DNA of 64,000 nt from Dehalococcoidia bacterium (GTDB lineage: Bacteria > Chloroflexota > Dehalococcoidia > UBA2979), in the NCBI GenBank assembly GCA_964291495.2, contig OZ219871.1, positions 896,001 through 960,000 of the forward strand. The letters are read 5' to 3'. Below the pieces are notes generated by a model. The model ran no database searches, was not told the DNA's origin, and saw only the letters and a list, made by a program, of their open reading frames with translations. Every line of letters begins with the position of its first letter. Within the stretch, counting starts at the first letter, position 1. The translations under genes and the position numbers were made by a program. Below, one piece after another: positions 9,411 through 19,053 of the stretch.

Positions 9411-11273
9411 CTAGGCGTCTTCGTCGATCCACCACCACGGCCAGGCGAAGACCTGCTCGCCGCCGCGCCCGTTGCCGTTCCAGGCCTCGGGCTGCTGGAT
9501 GCGCTTGTTGAAGCCCTGCCAGCCGAGCTGCCAGACCACGCCCGGGATGTACCACATCGGCTCGATCAGCAGATCGCGCTGCATGTTGCGGATCTTCTCG
9601 TTGCGCGTCTCGGTGTCGATCTCGCTGTTGATGTCCGCCGCCGCGTCGAAGATCGCCTGGTCGTCCACCTTGCTGTGGTTGCGACCGGGGTCCTGCGGGT
9701 TCGTGAACATCGCCGTGAGGTAGTCCCCGTGGTCCGGGAACGCCTGCAGCTGGAAGGCGACACCGTCGAAGTCGCCGTGGAACGTCTTCGGCTGGTAGAC
9801 CGAGCGGTAGTCGTCGACCGTGGTCTGGAAGTCGATGCCGATCTCCCGCACGAGCTGCGGGATGATCTCCGCCTCGAGCTTCCAGGCCGTGCCGTACACC
9901 GTCGTGTAGTGGTACGGCACGGAGAAGCCGTCGCCCTGACCGGCGGCGTCGAGCAGCTTCTTCGCCTCGGCCAGGTCGTGGCGGACCCACTTGCCGATGG
10001 CCGGGTCGGTCTGCGGGTCGACCGACTGACCGGGGTAGCCCGCCGGGAGTGCGCCGTGCCACCCGACGCGGTTGGCGACGTCGAGGCCGATCGCCTCAAG
10101 GCCGCTGACGTTGTAGACCGCCTCGACCATGTCCTCTCGCTTGAGGGCGAGCGAGATGGCGTGGCGCACGCGCGAGTCGTCCCACGGCGCGGAGCCGTCG
10201 CGCGGCTCGCCGCGCGAGATGTAGCCCCAGCCGAGCTGCTTGCGCGGCTCGATGCGGCCGTCCGGGAAGCCCGAAATCAGGCCGGGAATGGCGTCCGGGC
10301 CGATCGTGCTGGCGTGGTCGATGTTCCCCGCCTGGAACTGGGTCAGCACCTGCGCCCGCTCCAGCACGAGATCCTCGACGGCGTCGAAGTAGGGCAGTGG
10401 GGCGTGGTAGTAGTTGGGGTTGCGGGCAACCTTCCAGTTGACGTCAACCCTGAACTCGTCCATCACGAACGGCCCGGTGCCGACCATCTCCACCGTCGGG
10501 TCGAAGGCCGTGCCGGTCTCGCGCGGCATGATGCACATGTTGAAGACATCGGCCATACGCCAGAGGGCGCGTGCGAACCTCGTGTTGAACCCGAGCACCA
10601 GGCTGTAGTCGTCCGGCGTCTCGACCGTCTCGACGAAGCCGAGCTGCTTGTGGTTCGGGGCAGGCTCGCCGCCCCCGGTGCCAAGGAAGCGCTCGAACGA
10701 GAAGGCGACGTCGCCGGAGTCGAGGCCGCGGTCCACCGGCGGCGAGAAGTGCGCGTCCTGGCGGAGGGTCGCACTCATGGTCAGGCCGTCCGGGGTGAAC
10801 TCCCACGTGTCGACGAGGTCACCCGTGTGCTCCGGATTCGGCGCGTTCTCGAACGTCGACGCGATCTGCTTGAACAGCATGCTGTAGATCATCGTCGAGG
10901 CGCCCTTGGTGGCGTGGCTCTGCGTGCGATACGGGTCCATCGTCTCGGGCGAGGCGCTGGCCGAGCGGCGGTAGGTCCCGCCCAGCCTGTCCAGACGGGC
11001 GTCCGGCGTCGGCGTCGCCGTGGTGGGCGGCGCCGGAGTAGCGGTCGCAGCCGCAGTGGCAGCGGCCGTCGCAGCCTCAGTCGCCGCAGCCGTTGGCGCG
11101 GCGGTCGCCGCAGCCGTCGGCGCGGCGGTGGCGGCCGGGGCGGGCGCCTCATCGTCGTCGTCGCCGCAGCCGATCAGGGCTGCGGCCGCGAGGCCGGCGC
11201 CGCCGATCACGCCGCCGCGCAGCGCGGTGCGCCTCGAAATGCGTGTGTGCAAGAAGCCGGGTCCTTCTGTCAT
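9411..11273 (-). CDS. ABC family 5 substrate-binding Tat lipoprotein
   Basis: SRRTALRG Tat motif, LIGC lipobox, PTAT linker, VGTGPF, RVRHAISLA. Confidence 0.9.
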   Translation of the reverse strand: MTEGPGFLHTRISRRTALRGGVIGGAGLAAAALIGCGDDDDEAPAPAATAAPTAAATAAPTAAATEAATAAATAAATATPAPPTTATPTPDARLDRLGGTYRRSASASPETMDPYRTQSHATKGASTMIYSMLFKQIASTFENAPNPEHTGDLVDTWEFTPDGLTMSATLRQDAHFSPPVDRGLDSGDVAFSFERFLGTGGGEPAPNHKQLGFVETVETPDDYSLVLGFNTRFARALWRMADVFNMCIMPRETGTAFDPTVEMVGTGPFVMDEFRVDVNWKVARNPNYYHAPLPYFDAVEDLVLERAQVLTQFQAGNIDHASTIGPDAIPGLISGFPDGRIEPRKQLGWGYISRGEPRDGSAPWDDSRVRHAISLALKREDMVEAVYNVSGLEAIGLDVANRVGWHGALPAGYPGQSVDPQTDPAIGKWVRHDLAEAKKLLDAAGQGDGFSVPYHYTTVYGTAWKLEAEIIPQLVREIGIDFQTTVDDYRSVYQPKTFHGDFDGVAFQLQAFPDHGDYLTAMFTNPQDPGRNHSKVDDQAIFDAAADINSEIDTETRNEKIRNMQRDLLIEPMWYIPGVVWQLGWQGFNKRIQQPEAWNGNGRGGEQVFAWPWWWIDEDA

Positions 11274-11456
11274 GTTCTTCCCTCCCCGCGGGCGGCGGCG
11301 ACGGACTCTCGCCGCCAGTAGCGCAGAATCATACACGATACGCACCGCAGCGGGCAGCGGATCTGCGGGCCGCTTCAGGCACGGGGAACCGCATCCCCAC
11401 GCAGGGAAGACGGCCAGCCCTCGCGCGCGATGGGCAGCGCGCCCTCATGGGGAGCG

Positions 11457-13319
11457 CTACTCCTCGTTGACCCACCACCAGGGGAAGCCATAGGCCTGGT
11501 GGTCGCCGCGTCCGTTGCCGTGCCAGGCGTCGGGGATCCCGGCCCGCGGGCTGAGACCGACCCAGTCGAGCTGCCACCCAACAGAGGGAACGAACCACAT
11601 CGCGTCGGCCAGCAGATCGCGCTGGATGTTGCGGACCTTCTCGTTGCGCTCGTCGATGTCGAAGGTGGTGTTGATGTCGTCCACCGCAGCCCCGATCGCA
11701 GCGTCCTCGACCCTGTGGAGGTTGCCGCCGCTGGCGCCCGGGCTGGCGTAGAGGTCCGTCAGGAAGTCCTCCAGGCCGGGAAATACCTGCAACTGGAGGG
11801 CGATGCCCTCGTACACGCCCCGCGAGGTTTCCGGCACGTACTCGGAGGCGTAGTCCACGACGTTCGTCTTGAATGTGATGCCAATATCGCTGACGAGTTG
11901 CGGAATGATCTCCGTTTCCTGGATCCAGGCAGGGCCGAACGCCGCCGTGTAGTTGTATGGAACCTCGAAGCCGTCGCCGTATCCGGCGGCCTCCAGCAGT
12001 TTCCGCGCCTCCGCGACGTCGTACCTGATCCAGCGGCCGGTCTTCGCGTCGGTTCGCGGGTCCACCGATTGGCCCCTGAATCCGGCGGGCAGGATGTTGT
12101 GCCAGCCGACGCGGCTCGCGACCTCGAGGCCGACCTCCTCGAGCCCCTCGACGTTGTAGAGGGCGGTGATCATGTCGGCCCGGTTGAGGCTGAGTGAGAT
12201 CGCGCGGCGCACGCGCGCGTCGGCCCACGGCGCCGAGCCGTCGCGCGGCTCGCCGAACGAGAGGTAGACGAAGCCGAGCGCCTTGCGAGGCACAATGCGG
12301 CCCTCGGGATAGTTCTTGACGAGGGCGGGCACGAAGTCCGGGGTGGGCGTGATGAGCAGGTCGATCCCGCCCGCCTGGAACTGCGTGAGCGCGGTCAGCG
12401 GCTGAACGATCAGCTCGTGGACCGCGTCGAGATAGGGAACGTCGGGTCCGTTGAACCAGCCGGGGTTGCGGACCACCTTGAAGCTCACGTCCTGGACCAG
12501 CTCGTCCCAGATGAACGGGCCGCTCCCGACCATGGTCTGGGTGGGATCGAACGCGCTGCCCGTCTCGCGCGGCATGATGTGCATGTTGAACATGTCGGCC
12601 AGCCGCCAGAGGACGCGCGCGAGCGGCACCATGTTGAACGTCATGGTGCGCGCGTCCGGCGTCTCCATTCCCTGGATGAAATCCAGCTGGGAGGCGTTCG
12701 GCGCAGGATCGTGTCCGTTGAGGCCACGGAAGCGCTCGACCGAGAAGCGCACGTCCTCCGAGTCCACGGTGCGGTTGAGCGGGTTGGTGAACGTCGCGTT
12801 GGGAACAAGCGTCAGGTTCAGCCGGGCGCGGTCCGGTGTGAACTCCCAGGACTCGACGAGATCGCCGGCCATCTCCGGATTCGGCGCCTCGTCGAAGACC
12901 ACCGGGATCTGCGTGAAGAGCTTGCTATAGATGTAGGAGGCGGCGCCCTTGGTGGAGAAGTCCAGCGTGCGATGGGGGTCCAGGCTCGGGGGCGTGAACC
13001 ACTGGTGGATCCGGAAGATCCCGCCCCGCCGCGGTCCATCGGCGGCGACCGCCGGGCTCGGGGCCGCCGCCGGGGTCGCGGTCGGCGTCTCCGACCCCGA
13101 CTGGGTCTGCGTCGCCGTCACCGTCGCCGTCGAGGTCGCCGGCGCTGCCTGCCGCGTCGGGGCCGGTAGCGCGGCCGGCCCCTCGTCGTCGCCGTTGCCA
13201 CAGCCGATCAGCGCCGCCGCCGCGAGTCCGGCGCCGCCGATCGCACCGCCGCGAAGCGCCGCCCGCCTCGAGAGTCTCGAGTGCCAGAGCCCAAACAGGC
13301 GACTGCTGCCGGCGGTCAT
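11457..13319 (-). CDS. ABC family 5 substrate-binding Tat lipoprotein, paralogue of the preceding gene
   Basis: SRRAALRG, LIGC, VGSGPF; many blocks shared with 9411-11273. Confidence 0.9.
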   Translation of the reverse strand: MTAGSSRLFGLWHSRLSRRAALRGGAIGGAGLAAAALIGCGNGDDEGPAALPAPTRQAAPATSTATVTATQTQSGSETPTATPAAAPSPAVAADGPRRGGIFRIHQWFTPPSLDPHRTLDFSTKGAASYIYSKLFTQIPVVFDEAPNPEMAGDLVESWEFTPDRARLNLTLVPNATFTNPLNRTVDSEDVRFSVERFRGLNGHDPAPNASQLDFIQGMETPDARTMTFNMVPLARVLWRLADMFNMHIMPRETGSAFDPTQTMVGSGPFIWDELVQDVSFKVVRNPGWFNGPDVPYLDAVHELIVQPLTALTQFQAGGIDLLITPTPDFVPALVKNYPEGRIVPRKALGFVYLSFGEPRDGSAPWADARVRRAISLSLNRADMITALYNVEGLEEVGLEVASRVGWHNILPAGFRGQSVDPRTDAKTGRWIRYDVAEARKLLEAAGYGDGFEVPYNYTAAFGPAWIQETEIIPQLVSDIGITFKTNVVDYASEYVPETSRGVYEGIALQLQVFPGLEDFLTDLYASPGASGGNLHRVEDAAIGAAVDDINTTFDIDERNEKVRNIQRDLLADAMWFVPSVGWQLDWVGLSPRAGIPDAWHGNGRGDHQAYGFPWWWVNEE

Positions 13320-13493
13320 GGCGCCCCCACCGAAGAAGTTACTACTGGGACAAGGTACCGCAATCGGGGACGCCTCACGTGGGTGGGCTGCAGCCAGGTG
13401 GCCGCAGCTGCCTCCTGCAGCGTTCGGTTGAGGCTCCGGCACCCCTGCGAGCGCCCGCTGCGCTAGCATGGCGCCCTCGCGAGAGGAGCGGCC

Positions 13494-14303
13494 ATGACCA
13501 GCGATGACAGCGCCAACTGGATCACGTTCGAGCACCGCGGACCGGTGACCATCATCCGGCTCAACCGGCCGGAGAAGCTCAACGCCTTCCACTTCACGAT
13601 GGACGAGACAATCGTGCGTTTCGTGCAGTCGCTCAACGCGGGGGAGTACGACACGCGCTGCCTGATCCTGACCGGCGAGGGTCGCGCCTTCTGCTCGGGC
13701 GCGGATGTCGGCTCCCTGGAGCAGCGCAGCAGCCTCAACACGGAGCGCAAGCCGCCCTGGCGGCCGCCGCACAGCGAGGTCAAGTCGCCGCGCGCGCTCC
13801 GCGACTGCGATGTGCCGGTGATCGGTGCGCTCAACGGCTACGCGGTGGGGCTGGGCTTCGGGCTCGCCCTCGCGACCGATCTGCGCATCGCCGGTGACGA
13901 CGCGCGCTTCCAGGTGGCTCAGCTCAAGCGAGGGCTCTTCGGTGACCACGGACTCGGGCACTTCCTGCCCCAGCAGCTGGGCCACCAGCGCGGTCTCGAA
14001 CTGATGCTGACGGCGCGGATGATCGAGGCGCAAGAGGCGCTGGAGCTCGGCCTCGTGCTCAAGGTGGTGCCGAAGGACGACTTGCTTGACGCGGCTCTGG
14101 AGCTGGCCGAGCAGATCGTGAGTGGCCCGCCGCTCGGCATCGCGGCCAGCAAGCGGGTCACCTACATGAACGACAACGACGACCTGCACCGCGTGATGGA
14201 CTACACCAGCCTCGCGATCGGGCACCTCTTCAACTCGGAGGATAACGCCGAGGGCATCCGCTCGTTCATGGAGCGGCGCGAGCCGCAGTTCCAGGGACGC
14301 TGA
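13494..14303 (+). CDS. Enoyl-CoA hydratase/isomerase family protein
   Basis: LNRPEKLNA, TGEGRAFCSGAD, NGYAVGLG, EGIRSFMERREPQF. Confidence 0.92.
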   Translation: MTSDDSANWITFEHRGPVTIIRLNRPEKLNAFHFTMDETIVRFVQSLNAGEYDTRCLILTGEGRAFCSGADVGSLEQRSSLNTERKPPWRPPHSEVKSPRALRDCDVPVIGALNGYAVGLGFGLALATDLRIAGDDARFQVAQLKRGLFGDHGLGHFLPQQLGHQRGLELMLTARMIEAQEALELGLVLKVVPKDDLLDAALELAEQIVSGPPLGIAASKRVTYMNDNDDLHRVMDYTSLAIGHLFNSEDNAEGIRSFMERREPQFQGR

Positions 14304-14348
14304 CGCCCGCGAGCGCCGCGGGCGGGTGTGATGCCCGCCCGCCGCTTG

Positions 14349-15149
14349 TTAGCCTCGCGTCTGCCTCCGCTGGCGCAGCCCGAAGCGCCAGACCAGCGCC
14401 AGCGCGGCGATCAGCCCCGCCGTGACGATCGCCACGGGAGCCGCGCCCGCAGCCCGGTCGGACCAGTCACCCTGCGCGGCGTCGCCCTCGAGGAGCGCGG
14501 GGCCGTGGCCGGACTTCGGCGGCGCCGGGGCGGCGGCCGTCGTGCGCGCCATCAGTTGGCGCGGCTCGGTGGAGCTCAGGTCCAGCTCCCAGACGAGCGC
14601 GCCGTCCTCGATGCGATCGGCGTTGTGCTCGGCCAGCGCACCCGGCAGCGCGATGCGGATCCGGAAGAAGGCGCCCTCCAGCAGCTCCGCGGGTGGAGGC
14701 TCGGCCGGCGCCGTTCCCTCGCCCGCCGCGACGGCAGCGACCATCGCGAAGGTCCAGCCGCCGGCGTCGTTGCGCTCGAGCGTGATGTCGCCGGACTCGC
14801 CGGCGCCCGCCCCGGCGCTCATCCCCGCGGTGATCAGGCCGAGTTGCGCCTCATTCGCGAACGGGATTCCCAACTCGATGCCGGTGAAGCCGTCCTGGCT
14901 GTACTGGCGTACCTCCACGTTGGGCGGCAGCTCCTCGGTCGGGACGAGCTCCTCGCTGCTGGCGCCGGTGAGCTCGGTGAACGCGTCGCTGATCGCAACG
15001 ACCGTGCCCACCACGCCCGAGCCGTCGTCGTTGATGCTGATCGAGAGTTCGTAGCGAAGGCACCCCGTCATCGCGAACGCCGTCATCGCCAAGAGCAGTG
15101 CGAGCCCCCGCAAGCGACGCGCTCCAGTCCCGATCGGTAACCGCGCCAT
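14349..15149 (-). CDS. Lipoprotein with C-terminal TM helix (LppM/DUF3153-like)
   Basis: MTGC lipobox, ISINDDGSG, LPG...HNAD...LVW, C-terminal TM plus basic tail. Confidence 0.65.
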   Translation of the reverse strand: MARLPIGTGARRLRGLALLLAMTAFAMTGCLRYELSISINDDGSGVVGTVVAISDAFTELTGASSEELVPTEELPPNVEVRQYSQDGFTGIELGIPFANEAQLGLITAGMSAGAGAGESGDITLERNDAGGWTFAMVAAVAAGEGTAPAEPPPAELLEGAFFRIRIALPGALAEHNADRIEDGALVWELDLSSTEPRQLMARTTAAAPAPPKSGHGPALLEGDAAQGDWSDRAAGAAPVAIVTAGLIAALALVWRFGLRQRRQTRG

Positions 15150-15246
15150 GGTCAGCCCCTCCCTGCCCCCGCTGCGCTTCCATCGTACGACGGGCGGGCG
15201 CCTCGATGGTTCGATGGCCATGGACAGCCCGGCGGGCGGAAGGAAG

Positions 15247-16581
15247 CTACGCGGCGCCGGCGTCCACCGCAGCCGCTGCCGCGAGGCCGCTGCGCACCGC
15301 CGACTCCATCGTCGCCGGCCAGCCGGTGTCCGTGTAGGCGCCGGCGAGGAAGAGGTTCGCGATCGGCGTGCGCGGGCCGGGGCGCTCGAGGCCCGGTGAT
15401 GGCACGAACGTCGCCTCCGGCTCCTTCACCACGCGCCAGTGCAGCAACTCGGCGCCGCGCGCGGCGGGGAGGGCGGCGCGCAGCTGCGGCAGCAGCCGCT
15501 CGCGCAGCTCCTCGCCGCCGAGCGCGAACAGCTCGCCCGGCGCGCTGATCGAGACCACGAGGTGCTGACGCGCCGCTTCATCCTCGCCACCTGCGCGGCT
15601 GCGGTTGAAGACCCACTGCACATCCGAGCGGACGAAGGCTGCGAAGTCGAAGCCAGCCACCGGGCGGTCGAACCAGAGATGCACGTTGAGGATCGGCGCG
15701 GGCTCGAACCGCGCGAGCGTGCCGAGCGCGCCCTCGCCACGCGCGTCCTCCGGCAGCAACGGCAGCAGCCGCCAAGGCGCGAGGGCGCTCACGCAGGCAT
15801 CGAACTCGCGCCGCTCGCCGCCGCGCAGGACGAGCGCCTCGACGCGCCCGCCCGCGACCTCGATGCGCTCGATCGGCGTGCGGGTGGAGACGGTCCCGCC
15901 GCGCGCCTCGATGGCGCGCGTTGCAGGGTCGACGTGCAGCTCGGAGAGTCCGACGGCAGAGACGGCGAGCGCGGCGGAGGTGGGGCTGTGCTGGAACCCC
16001 TCCTCGATCACGAAGAGCGCCTGGCTCGCGCTCGCCTGGTCGGCGCGGCAGTTGAGTGTGGGGATCACGAGGAAGTCCCAGAACTCGCGGATCGTGTCGC
16101 TCGCCTGACCGCGCTCGCGCAGCCACTGAGCGAACGTCAGGTGCTCCATGCGCTCGCGCTCCTCGCTGCTCAGGCGGCGGATCGCGAGGAAGGCGCGCAC
16201 GATCTGCACCTTCTGCCGCCAGCTGAGGTGGCGGTAGCGCAGCAGCGAAGGCGCGAGGTGCAGGCCAAGGGGCAGCTTCGCGGCCCGCAGGTCGGAGCGC
16301 GTGCCGGCCTCGTCGAAGACCGGGACGCTCAGCCGCATCTGTCTCCTCGTGAGATCGAGTGTGCCGAGCCGTTCGAGGAAGGCCGCGTAGGCCGTGGTGC
16401 ACTGCATGAAGACGTGCTGGCCGTTGTCGATCTCGTCGCCGGTCTGCTCGTCGCGGAAGGAGTAGGTGGCGCCGCCGGCCCAGGGACGGCGCTCGAGCAG
16501 CTCGACCTGGTGGCCGCGATCGGCGAGTTCCACGCCCGCGGCGAGGCCGGCGAGCCCGGCGCCGATGATGCCGATCCGCAC
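15247..16581 (-). CDS. hpnE: Hydroxysqualene dehydroxylase
   Basis: GAGLAG, IDNGQHVFM, TGWPATMESAVRSG; downstream of hpnC and hpnD. Confidence 0.9.
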   Translation of the reverse strand: MRIGIIGAGLAGLAAGVELADRGHQVELLERRPWAGGATYSFRDEQTGDEIDNGQHVFMQCTTAYAAFLERLGTLDLTRRQMRLSVPVFDEAGTRSDLRAAKLPLGLHLAPSLLRYRHLSWRQKVQIVRAFLAIRRLSSEERERMEHLTFAQWLRERGQASDTIREFWDFLVIPTLNCRADQASASQALFVIEEGFQHSPTSAALAVSAVGLSELHVDPATRAIEARGGTVSTRTPIERIEVAGGRVEALVLRGGERREFDACVSALAPWRLLPLLPEDARGEGALGTLARFEPAPILNVHLWFDRPVAGFDFAAFVRSDVQWVFNRSRAGGEDEAARQHLVVSISAPGELFALGGEELRERLLPQLRAALPAARGAELLHWRVVKEPEATFVPSPGLERPGPRTPIANLFLAGAYTDTGWPATMESAVRSGLAAAAAVDAGAA

Positions 16582-16594
16582 GGCGGCGCCGGAG

Positions 16595-17515
16595 TCAGCC
16601 CGAGCGCGCGGGCCCGAGCAGGGCGGCCCCTGCCCAGAGGCGCGCGATCGCGGTCAGCTTCTCGATGCCGCTCAGGCTCACCCGCTCGTTGAGCACGTCG
16701 TAGCCGCGCGCCTCGATGCGCTTGAGCAGCTCGAAGTAGACGCCCTGCAGCACGTTGACGCACATCCGCGAGCGCAGGTCGAGCAGCGGCAACAGTCCGC
16801 GCCCGAGGCGGAAGTAGTGGTGGGCGCGCTGGCCCTGCGCCGCCATCAGCGAGACGAAGCGGTGGTCGTACTGGCAGGCGAGGATGTCGTCGGCGGTCAG
16901 GCCGTGCGCGCTCAACTCATTGGCCGGGAAGTAGACGCGCCCGCGCGCGGCGTCCTCCTTCACGTCGCGCATGATGTTCACGATCTGCAGCCCCAGGCCC
17001 ATGCTCGCGGCGAACTCCGTGGCGCGCGGGTGCGGCCTGGCCCCGAAGATCGAGACGCAGATGTGGCCGACCATCGAGGCGACGCGGTTGCAGTACTGCT
17101 GGAGATCCGCCCAGGTCTCGTAGCGGTCGATGGTGAAATCCATCTCCACGCCGTTGACCAGCTCCTCGAAGTGCTCGCGCGGCGTCCCGAAGCGGTCGAT
17201 CGCGTCACCGAGCGCGATGAACAGCGGTCCCCGGCGCGCGCCCTCGTAACAGGCCGCGAGGCGCTCGCGCGCCCTCGCGATCTCCTCTTCCTGGCGCGAC
17301 CGCTCGGTCAGCTCGTCGGCGATGTCGTCCACGTAGCCGCTGAAGGCGTAGGCGGCGTAGATGGCGTTGCGCTTACCTGGAGGAAGAATCGTGAAGGCGT
17401 AGTAGAAGTTCGAGGCGCGCGCCTTCGTGAAGGTCCGGCACCAGGCGTAGGCGTCTTCCGGCGTGTAGCGCTCGTCGCCGTGCGCCTCCAGCTCGGCCAG
17501 GACATCGAACGTCAC
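16595..17515 (-). CDS. hpnD: Presqualene diphosphate synthase
   Basis: SNFYYAF, DDIAD, LQIVNIMRDVKEDAARGRVY; GTG start after GGAGG. Confidence 0.85.
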   Translation of the reverse strand: MTFDVLAELEAHGDERYTPEDAYAWCRTFTKARASNFYYAFTILPPGKRNAIYAAYAFSGYVDDIADELTERSRQEEEIARARERLAACYEGARRGPLFIALGDAIDRFGTPREHFEELVNGVEMDFTIDRYETWADLQQYCNRVASMVGHICVSIFGARPHPRATEFAASMGLGLQIVNIMRDVKEDAARGRVYFPANELSAHGLTADDILACQYDHRFVSLMAAQGQRAHHYFRLGRGLLPLLDLRSRMCVNVLQGVYFELLKRIEARGYDVLNERVSLSGIEKLTAIARLWAGAALLGPARSG

Positions 17516-17535
17516 GCCGTCCTCCGTTCGAGCGA

Positions 17536-18423
17536 TCAGATGCGCAGCGCGACGCGCAGGCCGTGGACGATCGCCAGGCGCAGCTTCACGGCGCGCGTCA
17601 CCCGAGGCCGCGCGCTGAGCGTGTCGTAGCCGGCGCGTTCGATCGCATCGAGGATCGCCTCGCCACCCAGCCGGAAGAGCCGGATGTCGGTGCGCACCGC
17701 GCGCGGGACCAGCGCCTCGAGGGCGCTGCCCTGGGCGAAGAGCGCCCGCGCGCGGTCCACCTCGAAGCGCATCAGCTCCCGGAAGTTCGCATCGAAGCGC
17801 CCTTCGATGATCTGCGCGTCGTCGCAGCCGAAGCGGCGCAGATCCTCCTGCGGCAGATAGATGCGCCCCTTCCCGATGTCGACCGAGACGTCCTGCCAGA
17901 AGTTCGCGAGCTGCAACCCGATGCAGGTCGCGTCGGACAGCGCGATGCGCTCGGGGTCCTGGTAGCCGAGGACGGCGAGCACCATCCGGCCGACCGGCGT
18001 CGCGGAGTAGCTGCAGTAGTCGAGCACGTCCTCGTAGGTCTCGAAGCGGGAGACGCGCTGGTCGATGCGGTTCGCCTCGATCAGGCGCAGGAACGGGTCG
18101 AGCGGGATCTCGCGGTCCTCGATGGTCCGGGCGAGGGCCGTCAGCAGCGGCCGCGCCGGTTCGCCCGCGACCGCCTCGCGCAGTTCGCGCTCCCAGTCGT
18201 CGAGCAGCGCGAGGCGGTCGCCCTCCGCCTCGTCGCCGAGGTCGTCGGTGTAGCGGCAGAAGGCGTAGACGGCGAAGAAATGGCGGCGCAGCTTGCGAGG
18301 CAGGAACCACGAGACGACGGTGAAGTTCTCGCCGTGGCGGCGGGCGTAGCGCTGGCACCAGCGGTACGCCTCGCGAGTGTCGGCGGGGCCGCCCCGCAGC
18401 TGTTCGCCGGTGTTCGCGCTCAT
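17536..18423 (-). CDS. hpnC: Hydroxysqualene synthase
   Basis: HGENFTVVSWFLP, DDLGDE, LQLANFWQDV. Confidence 0.9.
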   Translation of the reverse strand: MSANTGEQLRGGPADTREAYRWCQRYARRHGENFTVVSWFLPRKLRRHFFAVYAFCRYTDDLGDEAEGDRLALLDDWERELREAVAGEPARPLLTALARTIEDREIPLDPFLRLIEANRIDQRVSRFETYEDVLDYCSYSATPVGRMVLAVLGYQDPERIALSDATCIGLQLANFWQDVSVDIGKGRIYLPQEDLRRFGCDDAQIIEGRFDANFRELMRFEVDRARALFAQGSALEALVPRAVRTDIRLFRLGGEAILDAIERAGYDTLSARPRVTRAVKLRLAIVHGLRVALRI

Positions 18424-18520
18424 CGCGGGCGATCCGTTCGGGACGGGACGAGGCGTCGCGCGCGACCCGTCCGGCGTTCGTGATGGAGTTTCAAGGACAG
18501 GGTATCAAGTCTCCGACGGC

Positions 18521-19012
18521 TCAAACCTCGTCGCGCAGGTAAGCCGTCGCCAGCGCGTCGGCGTACTCGTTCCAGCGGGCGCCGTCGTGGGCGCGGATCC
18601 AGCGGATGCGGACGTGCGGGCGCTCCTGCACGAGCGCCCAGGCGCGCTGCACGAGATCGAGGTTCTTGACCGGCCCCGCGCGGCGCTTCCAGCCCCGCCG
18701 CTCCCAGCCGGCGGCCCACTCGTTGAGCGTCCGCACCACCAGATCGCTGTCGCTGTACACGTCCTCCGCCTCGGACGGGTCGATCATCTCGAGGCCGACG
18801 ATCATCGCTTCCAGCTCCATGCGGTTGTTGGTCGTGGAGGGGTGCGAGCCGTGGCGCTGTTGGAGGACGGCGCCGTCGCGCACCCGGACCGCGCCCCAGC
18901 CGCCGGGGCCGGGGTTCCCGAAGCAGGAGCCGTCCGTGAAGACGCCGCTGGCCGGGCCCGCGCTGAATTGCGCGAGCACCTGCTGCGTCGTCATCGAGCC
19001 CTCGCGCGGCAT
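18521..19012 (-). CDS. rnhA: Ribonuclease HI
   Basis: TDGSCFGNPGPGGWG, TTNNRMEL, SDS, KNLDL, NEYADALA. Confidence 0.92.
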   Translation of the reverse strand: MPREGSMTTQQVLAQFSAGPASGVFTDGSCFGNPGPGGWGAVRVRDGAVLQQRHGSHPSTTNNRMELEAMIVGLEMIDPSEAEDVYSDSDLVVRTLNEWAAGWERRGWKRRAGPVKNLDLVQRAWALVQERPHVRIRWIRAHDGARWNEYADALATAYLRDEV

Positions 19013-19053
19013 CGGCGCTCCCTTGTCCGGGCGGTTCTCATCCGCGAGCCCGG

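Noticed and set aside
16595-18358. 587-aa ORF suggesting an HpnC-HpnD fusion
   Set aside because: The N-terminal half is an off-frame read through hpnC; hpnD has its own RBS and GTG at 17515
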